In this document: positions 55,720 to 61,506 of the stretch, one piece after another
Layout: each line of letters begins with the position of its first letter
Position numbering within the stretch: position 1 is the stretch's first letter
Assembly (NCBI GenBank): GCA_045636225.1
Contig: JAZTXB010000029.1
Coordinates: 1-61,506 of the forward strand
Direction: 5' to 3'
From: Bacilli bacterium
Lineage (GTDB): Bacteria > Bacillota_I > Bacilli_A > RF39 > UBA660
DNA: 61,506 nt
Notes under the pieces: model-generated
What the model was told of the DNA's origin: nothing
Seen by the model: only the letters and a program-made list of their open reading frames with translations
Database searches by the model: none
Program-made: the position numbers and the translations under genes

Positions 55720-56340
55720 TTAATTTTCCATTGGATTTGTATAATGAATTTTCAATCTATAACCTAATATTTGTCCTTTATAAATTACTTCAATAGGATC
55801 AAAACCCAAAATATTTACAGTATCTGAAAAAGCAATATCAAATCCTGCTTTCATACATTCATCATAAGTAGTATATTCTACTTGTGCCATAAGTCTTTCA
55901 TATTCTTCATCTACTTGTTTTATTTCTTCTTGGATAACTTCCTTTTCTTCTGGTTCTTCTTGTTTAACTTCAATGTCTTTAAAATTATCTTTTTTTTCTT
56001 CAGTTTTACTATATTCAAGTTCAGAATCATTAGACTTATTTTCCTTTTGTTCTTCTTTCTGTGGAGAATTAACTACTTCTGATTTTTGTTCTTCTTTTTG
56101 TGAAATAACAGATTTGGTTTCTGTTGTTGTTTTTTTTGATTCTTCTTGTTGTTCTTGTTTTTCTGGTTCTTCTTGTTTAACTTCAATTTCTGAAATATTT
56201 CCAACATCTTCTGTAATAACCTCCATTTCATTTGAATTTTTGTTAATATTCTCAATTTGCTTATTTTTGTTTTCAAATTTGAATATCACAAAAAAACTTA
56301 GTGCTAATAAACTAGCAACTATAAAAACATATTTTTTCAT
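55720..56340 (-). CDS. membrane-anchored E/K/Q-rich protein (206 aa)
   Basis: N-terminal TM/signal anchor, long low-complexity EEQK region, ~60-aa structured C-terminus. Confidence 0.6.
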   Translation of the reverse strand: MKKYVFIVASLLALSFFVIFKFENKNKQIENINKNSNEMEVITEDVGNISEIEVKQEEPEKQEQQEESKKTTTETKSVISQKEEQKSEVVNSPQKEEQKENKSNDSELEYSKTEEKKDNFKDIEVKQEEPEEKEVIQEEIKQVDEEYERLMAQVEYTTYDECMKAGFDIAFSDTVNILGFDPIEVIYKGQILGYRLKIHYTNPMEN

Positions 56341-56507
56341 TCAAATCACACACCTTTCCTCAACAACATTATATTTTCATAATTTTTTTTAGTCATTACT
56401 GCAATTATCTCTATACTCTTATATATTTTTTTTCAGTTAGTAAATAATAGCTAGTAATAAATACTAGGGAGGATTGTAAGGAGGGATTTGTGGAATAAAT
56501 ACTCCCA

Positions 56508-57443
56508 TTATCTTGCTCCCATATCTCGTTGTTTTAAATATTTGCTATAATGCTCAATCGCCTTAACAACAAAATCTTCAATTTTTGGTTCGTCAATATT
56601 TTTTGGGAGTACACTTCTAATTCTACTTTCGTTAAATTTCATTTTTGGAACTTGATTTGGTTTTTCCTGACTCATAATATCATCTATCAAATCTTCTGTA
56701 AGTGTTCCCTCTTGACTCATCTTTTTCATTTTTATTGTTTGTGCATGAGATGGTGTTGCAACATTACATTCAATGCAATCTAAAAGGTAGTATTGTTCAT
56801 CTTCAGTTAAGTAAGATATTTCTGTCGCTGGAAGTAAAGCAATTTCTTTTTTATCTACCATATCTAATAACTCTGGTATTAATTCAGTAAGTCTTATATA
56901 CCTATAAACATTATCTCTACTATCACCATGTTCTTTACCAATCATTGTTGCAGTATCTAACCTTGTCGCAACTTGCGACGAAGTTAAATCTGTTCTTTTT
57001 CCTTTGCGATTTAATGCTTCCATTTTCATTTTATAAGCAAATGCTTTTTCACTTGGTAATATTTCTTCTCTTTGCATATTACTATCTACCATTATTATAG
57101 TCGCTTCATCATTAGTAAGATTTCTAACAATAGATGGTATAGTATCTTTTCCTGCTAATTCACTTGCTCTTTTTCTTCTGTGTCCAGAAATCATTTCATA
57201 CTTACCATTTTCTTTTTGTCTTACAATAACAGGTAATAATACTCCTCTTTCAATAATGCTTTCTTTCATCTTTTCCATTTCTTCATTATCAATTACTTTA
57301 AATGGGTGATTTGGAAAATCATCAATATCTTTTATTGAAATATCTATTACTTTTTCTAAATTCGCTTCATCTCTTTCGTGTTGTGTGGTAAATAACTCAT
57401 CTAGAGATGTCGTTGATAATGGCATTCTTCTGTCTTTTTCCAT
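56508..57443 (-). CDS. parB: ParB/Spo0J-like partition protein (ParB N-terminal nuclease-like domain)
   Basis: ISGHRRKRASELAG box, HTH region, overlaps parA. Confidence 0.85.
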   Translation of the reverse strand: MEKDRRMPLSTTSLDELFTTQHERDEANLEKVIDISIKDIDDFPNHPFKVIDNEEMEKMKESIIERGVLLPVIVRQKENGKYEMISGHRRKRASELAGKDTIPSIVRNLTNDEATIIMVDSNMQREEILPSEKAFAYKMKMEALNRKGKRTDLTSSQVATRLDTATMIGKEHGDSRDNVYRYIRLTELIPELLDMVDKKEIALLPATEISYLTEDEQYYLLDCIECNVATPSHAQTIKMKKMSQEGTLTEDLIDDIMSQEKPNQVPKMKFNESRIRSVLPKNIDEPKIEDFVVKAIEHYSKYLKQRDMGAR

Positions 57444-58224
57444 TATCTAGCACCTCCTTTGCAATAGAGCAATAAGCTTCTGCCACTTTATTATTTTTAT
57501 CATAAGATAAAATACTTTCTCCATACGAAGCAGATTCTGCTACTTTAATTGCAATAGGTATTTTCGTATCATATACTGTAATATACTTTCCAAAATCTTG
57601 TTTTAATTGTGTTAATGCTTCTTTTGAAAGATTGGTTCTATTATCTACCAACGTTAATAATAAACCATCAATTTTTAATTGAGGATTAATTTGTCTTTTT
57701 ATCTTTGTTATAGTAGATAATAAATCTGTCATTCCTTTAGCTGCTAAATAATGTGGTTGTACTGGTATAATAACTTTATCAGCACAAGCTAATGAATTTA
57801 TAGTTATCATTCCTAAACTAGGCATACAATCAATTAAAATATAATCATATTTTTCTTTCTGCTTTTCCAAACAATTTTTCAAAGCATACTCTCTACTCAT
57901 TGTACTCCCTAAATCATTTTCTGTTTTTGATAACTGAATACTTGATGGAATTAAATCTATATTTTCTTTGTGATGTAATATACACTCATCACTATTTATA
58001 GTCTTATCTTCCATATAGCGTCTTATCAAAGTTGATAACGTTATCGGTAATTCATCTTGATTTCGCCATCCCATCCAAGTAGTTAAACTTGCTTGTGGAT
58101 CAGCATCAACTAATAGAACTTTCTTTCCTAATTTAGCAAGTGCCACACCAAGACTCAATGTTGTTGTTGTTTTACCAACTCCACCTTTTTGATTTGCAAT
58201 AGCAATCACTTCACATTTAGACAT
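57397..58224 (-). CDS. parA: ParA/Soj-family ATPase
   Basis: Deviant Walker A IAIANQKGGVGKTTT; DCMPSLG block. Confidence 0.9.
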   Translation of the reverse strand: MSKCEVIAIANQKGGVGKTTTTLSLGVALAKLGKKVLLVDADPQASLTTWMGWRNQDELPITLSTLIRRYMEDKTINSDECILHHKENIDLIPSSIQLSKTENDLGSTMSREYALKNCLEKQKEKYDYILIDCMPSLGMITINSLACADKVIIPVQPHYLAAKGMTDLLSTITKIKRQINPQLKIDGLLLTLVDNRTNLSKEALTQLKQDFGKYITVYDTKIPIAIKVAESASYGESILSYDKNNKVAEAYCSIAKEVLDNGKRQKNAIINDISR

Positions 58225-58302
58225 TACTTTCGCCCTCCTTTCTAATAAATTTAGCTACCTTAAATTAATAAGATAGCTATGTAGTTATGCTCTTATAGGC
58301 AT

Positions 58303-58331
58303 AAAAAAAGAACTGACATCAAAATCAGTTC
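58303..58331 (-). terminator. rho-independent terminator between the small ORF and parA
   Basis: Minus strand GAACTGA-ttttgatg-TCAGTTC followed by TTTTTTT. Confidence 0.75.
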
Positions 58332-58345
58332 ATGTATATTAATAT

Positions 58346-58492
58346 TTATTTTTCTAATATAGTTATATATTTTAAAAGAAGTTCATCTATTAAATCAGTA
58401 TCTTTTTTTTGATTTAATAATTTTGTTCTCATTTCATTTAATGAATTTATAATTACTTTTAATTCAAAATTATCTAATTTTATTTTTTTCAT
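58346..58492 (-). CDS. small protein (48 aa), paralog of 35423..35629; not in ORF track
   Basis: Own translation: MKKIKLDNFELKVIINSLNEMRTKLLNQKKDTDLIDELLLKYITILEK; GGAGTGATAAT-ATG; own promoter and terminator. Confidence 0.6.
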   Translation of the reverse strand: MKKIKLDNFELKVIINSLNEMRTKLLNQKKDTDLIDELLLKYITILEK

Positions 58493-58531
58493 ATTATCAC
58501 TCCAATTAACTAGACTTACTTGATTAATTAC

Positions 58532-58560
58532 ATTATAATATAAATAAATTTAAAAGTTAA
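58532..58560 (-). promoter_or_regulatory. consensus-like sigma-A promoter
   Basis: Minus strand TTAACT - 17 nt - TATAAT. Confidence 0.55.
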
Positions 58561-58591
58561 TTGTGCGAGTTTTTCTTAAGTCGTGATTACC
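58561..58591. repeat. direct repeat copy 1 (att-like or centromere/operator-like)
   Basis: TTGTGCGAGTTTTTCTTAAGTCGTGATTACC; matches copy 2 except for 2 substitutions and two single-T indels. Confidence 0.7.
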
Positions 58592-58645
58592 TATTTTTTT
58601 AATGTTTTTTTAGAAAAAATACCTTAAAAAATGTAATTAATTTTA

Positions 58646-58674
58646 TTAAAAAAACCTTGATTTTATAAGGGTTT
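58646..58674 (-). terminator. terminator downstream of the Sir2 gene
   Basis: Minus strand AAACCCTT-ataaaatc-AAGGTTT followed by TTTTTAAT. Confidence 0.55.
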
Positions 58675-58705
58675 GTATGAGTTTTTTCTTAAGTCGTGAT
58701 TTACC
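58673..58705. repeat. direct repeat copy 2
   Basis: TTGTATGAGTTTTTTCTTAAGTCGTGATTTACC. Confidence 0.7.
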
Positions 58706-58725
58706 AGTTGATATTTATTTTATTT

Positions 58726-59475
58726 TCATTCATTTTTATCACGTCTTTCATTATATCTTTTTATTTTTTTAAATACATTTTCTAAATTATCACAATATAT
58801 TGTAGCATATTTATCATAAATTGTTTCATTATGATTTACAATAATTATTTTATTAGAATTGAAATTTACTTTATTAATTTTTATATATTCATCCAATAAA
58901 TTATTTATTGTAGAAACTGTAAGACTACTGCCTAAAACTAATATCATATCTGACTCAATCATTTTTTTCAAAGCAAGTAATTTATTCTTTTGGTTGATAT
59001 GTTCTCCATATAAAATAATATCCGGCCTTATTATACCATTACATTTATCACAAAAATATCCATTATTTATATATTTGTTCACATTATATTGTTGAGCACA
59101 TTTACGACAATAAAAAGTTTCTCCATTTCCATGTAATTCAATAACTTTATGGCTACCTGCTTTTTGATGCAATCCATCAATGTTTTGAGTAATAATACAA
59201 TCTATATAACCTTCTTTTTCAAGTTTAGCTAAAGTATCATGAATAATATTCGGCTTTATATTAGAAGGTATTAGATTATTCTTATAAAACTCATAAAATT
59301 CCTCTGGTTCTTCTTGAAGACATTCTAAAGATAATTTCCAAGAAGCATTATTATATTTTTTATATAATCCATTTTTACCCCTAAAGTCTGATAAACCACT
59401 TAAAGTTGATATTCCTGCACCAGTTATTACAACAATTTTTTTATTACTAAAAATTTGTTTAATTAGATTATCCAT
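58726..59475 (-). CDS. cobB: NAD-dependent protein deacylase (Sir2/CobB family)
   Basis: GAGISTLSGLSDFRG, TQNIDGLH, catalytic HG, CxxC...CxxC zinc ribbon. Confidence 0.9.
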   Translation of the reverse strand: MDNLIKQIFSNKKIVVITGAGISTLSGLSDFRGKNGLYKKYNNASWKLSLECLQEEPEEFYEFYKNNLIPSNIKPNIIHDTLAKLEKEGYIDCIITQNIDGLHQKAGSHKVIELHGNGETFYCRKCAQQYNVNKYINNGYFCDKCNGIIRPDIILYGEHINQKNKLLALKKMIESDMILVLGSSLTVSTINNLLDEYIKINKVNFNSNKIIIVNHNETIYDKYATIYCDNLENVFKKIKRYNERRDKNE

Positions 59476-59643
59476 AAATAACCTCCCCCTGAAGTATTTA
59501 ATACTATTACTTGCTAAAGCTTGTATTAATAAATCAAATATTATAGAATTTTCATCAATACTATATATTATTTTCTATTATAGATTTTTGCAAAGAAAAT
59601 CTATAACATTGCTCTCATCTTCTTTAATTTGTTTTTTATCTTC

Positions 59644-60177
59644 TTATGTTATATCAGTAAAATACTTATTTAATTTTTTATTTATAGATATTGTATTTAA
59701 AGGATAACCTGGATTAACTTTATCAGAAGGTTTATCTACTATATAAAAATCTTCTTTACTCCAAGTAAATGTAGATTCTACCCCATTATTTATAACCGCA
59801 ATCCCATAAACCCATCTACAAGTTAACCTACCTTTCTCTCCATAAGTATGAGCCAAAGAAGAATAATACTCTATCATTTCTTCATCTGATAATCTTTTTC
59901 CATTAACTCTTCTCACATACATTCCAGGTTGCTTATCTTCAGGTATGCTCTCAATATATAAATTATCATCCATAGCAAATACAGGTATATTTAATATATT
60001 TGAGTATGCTCTTGCTTTTATTAATGCATTCTCTATTGCATTTGTTCCATTTTCTTCTACATCAATTTTTCTTTCAATATCATTTATTGTTATTATCTCA
60101 ATATTATTTTTTATAAGTTTATTTTTAAATCTTTCAGCCTTGCTTTCGTTTTCAGTTGCAAATAATACTTTTTTCAT
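59644..60177 (-). CDS. Ham1/RdgB-like non-canonical NTP pyrophosphatase-fold protein
   Basis: FATENESKAERF ... ENGTNAIENALIKA ... MDDNLYIE pattern; divergent. Confidence 0.5.
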   Translation of the reverse strand: MKKVLFATENESKAERFKNKLIKNNIEIITINDIERKIDVEENGTNAIENALIKARAYSNILNIPVFAMDDNLYIESIPEDKQPGMYVRRVNGKRLSDEEMIEYYSSLAHTYGEKGRLTCRWVYGIAVINNGVESTFTWSKEDFYIVDKPSDKVNPGYPLNTISINKKLNKYFTDIT

Positions 60178-60287
60178 ATTCTCACTTCCTTTTTTTTATT
60201 TGTTTAATTTTATAAATTAACCAACTTTCTTAATATATTATATCATATTTTTTAAGATTATTAAAAACGCTTTACAAATTAGAATAT

Positions 60288-60318
60288 TATAAAAGAATGC
60301 ATTCTTATAATGCATTCT
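60288..60318 (-). terminator. rho-independent terminator
   Basis: Minus strand AGAATGCA-(9 nt)-TGCATTCT followed by TTTTAT. Confidence 0.6.
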
Positions 60319-60329
60319 TATTGTTTAAA

Positions 60330-61433
60330 TTATTTTATTGTTGTTTTTTCATTATTATTATTTTTATAAAGTGTATATTCATCTATTACTTTTTCTATAC
60401 AACTACAAATTTTTAATAGTTGGCTTTTTGCACTATAATTGCCATTATTTTTATTAAGAGTAACAACAATATAATCATCAGAGGCAAATACGATTCCACT
60501 ATCATTTACCACATTTGGTGTCCAACCTGATTTATGAGCTGAATCATAATGCTCCATACCTTCTTTAATATAATTATAATCAGCATTCGTAAGTAGCTCA
60601 AATAAAATTTTTCCATTTTCTGTTTGATCTTTATATTTATAAATTTCTTGCCAAACAAGAGCCATACTTCTCGCATCAATGCGTCCCCATTTAGCTCCAT
60701 AATTTAAATATAATTCTGTACAACCTAGTTCTTTCAAAAATTCATTATAACCTTCATTATAAAATCTATCATGTATCATATAATAAGCAACATTATCACT
60801 CAAATGCAATGTATAATAAAACAAATCATTTAATGAATACGAAGTTCCAGATTCTTTATTTTTTAAAATACCTGAACCATCTCTTCTAAATCTTTCTTCA
60901 TATACTTTCAATTCATCTAATGATCCATTACCTTTGTCCATTTCTTTAAACGCGTAAAGAGAAACAGCAACTTTAATAGTACTTGCAGTTTGAAATGATT
61001 CATCAATATTATATCCAAAAGACATACCATCTTTTAAATTAATAGCAATAAATGCACAATCCGATCCAAAACCATCAATATAACCATTTATTTTAGATTG
61101 TAATTCCGAGCTTATTTCAAAATCAGTATTATAAGTAGAAACATACTTATCACTTAATGAAATATTAGAAATATCTACTTCTTTTCCAAAAATATCCTCT
61201 TCCTTCAATGATTCACTAGCTTCTACTAAAGATTCTACTTCAAGTATATCAGGTTCTTCAAAAAATTCAGTTGAAGAAATTTCATTTGTATAATTATCTT
61301 TTTGTGGTTGTTTATGAATAGCTGAACATGATGTAAGAAGACATAATGCAGCACCTAAAAAGGCCAATTTAGTTCTTTTGAATTTATTTTTGTTTTTATT
61401 TATATAATTAATTTTAATTTGTTTCATTTCCAC
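60330..61433 (-). CDS. class-A beta-lactamase-fold serine hydrolase lipoprotein
   Basis: Lipobox LLTSC; SxxK (ASTIKV), SDN (LSDNVAY), KSG (HKSGWT) motifs. Confidence 0.75.
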   Translation of the reverse strand: MEMKQIKINYINKNKNKFKRTKLAFLGAALCLLTSCSAIHKQPQKDNYTNEISSTEFFEEPDILEVESLVEASESLKEEDIFGKEVDISNISLSDKYVSTYNTDFEISSELQSKINGYIDGFGSDCAFIAINLKDGMSFGYNIDESFQTASTIKVAVSLYAFKEMDKGNGSLDELKVYEERFRRDGSGILKNKESGTSYSLNDLFYYTLHLSDNVAYYMIHDRFYNEGYNEFLKELGCTELYLNYGAKWGRIDARSMALVWQEIYKYKDQTENGKILFELLTNADYNYIKEGMEHYDSAHKSGWTPNVVNDSGIVFASDDYIVVTLNKNNGNYSAKSQLLKICSCIEKVIDEYTLYKNNNNEKTTIK

Positions 61434-61506
61434 ACCTCTAATATTTAAATTAATAATTCATGAAATATTTTTATTTATCTCTATCAAATATATTATATCA
61501 CAATAT

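Larger units (their letters stand above)
4100..58591. mobile_element. integrative conjugative element (~54.5 kb), serine-recombinase type, Tn1549/CTn-like conjugation backbone
   Basis: Recombinases abut rbgA on the left and ParAB plus a small gene lie on the right, with T4SS, T4CP, relaxase/MobC, primase-like, polyvalent helicase and adhesin/sortase modules in between. Housekeeping genes lie on both sides. Exact ends are not proven. Confidence 0.8.

Noticed and set aside
58726-59475. Sir2 protein as a Thoeris/DSR-type defence effector
   Set aside because: It is a short CobB-type deacylase with an intact zinc ribbon and catalytic His, has no partner gene or fused sensor domain, and lies outside the ICE. 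It is most simply a housekeeping deacylase.
60330-61433. Calling the SxxK/SDN/KSG lipoprotein a functional beta-lactamase resistance determinant
   Set aside because: The motifs fit the class-A fold, but the long N-terminal extension and chromosomal context are equally compatible with a non-resistance serine hydrolase or sensor-like protein.

Overview
Very AT-rich, low-GC Firmicutes-type DNA (Clostridia/Erysipelotrichia-like). All but three credible genes are on the minus strand. Positions ~1-4090 and ~58.6-61.5 kb look chromosomal. The left flank carries a secreted-protein fragment, a SigH-like sigma factor, rlmB, a lipoprotein, mrnC, a nucleotidyltransferase and rbgA. The right flank carries a Sir2/CobB deacylase, a Ham1-like NTPase and a class-A beta-lactamase-fold lipoprotein. 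Between them lies a ~54.5-kb integrative conjugative element (ICE) of the clostridial serine-recombinase (Tn1549/CTn-like) kind. From left to right it holds: two tandem large serine recombinases; a four-gene overlapping PemK/MazF cluster preceded by a GC-rich structured leader; a sigma-like regulator and XRE regulators with attenuator-type leaders; ~16 kb of cargo, mostly a tightly packed co-directional run of unrelated small-molecule enzymes plus unknowns; a Firmicutes-type T4SS (NlpC/P60 hydrolase, VirB4, PrgI-like, VirB6-like, Maff2-like, VirD4); PcfB, relaxase, MobC and an oriT candidate; a Toprim protein; a 2,528-aa ArdC-N/N6-methylase/SNF2 polyvalent protein; a sortase with a thioester-domain/CnaB adhesin; and ParAB. 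The most unusual observation is a complete TnpV-family gene, with its own Shine-Dalgarno, encoded in the +1 frame inside the giant polyvalent-protein gene (48786..49142). Other points worth follow-up are three promoter-then-terminator leaders, att-like repeats at the element ends, a ~200-bp gene-conversion patch shared by the two recombinase genes, and an HD-plus-two-unknowns trio at the end of the cargo. I found no rRNA, tRNA or CRISPR array. All family assignments come from motif recognition by eye and memory, not from database searches.
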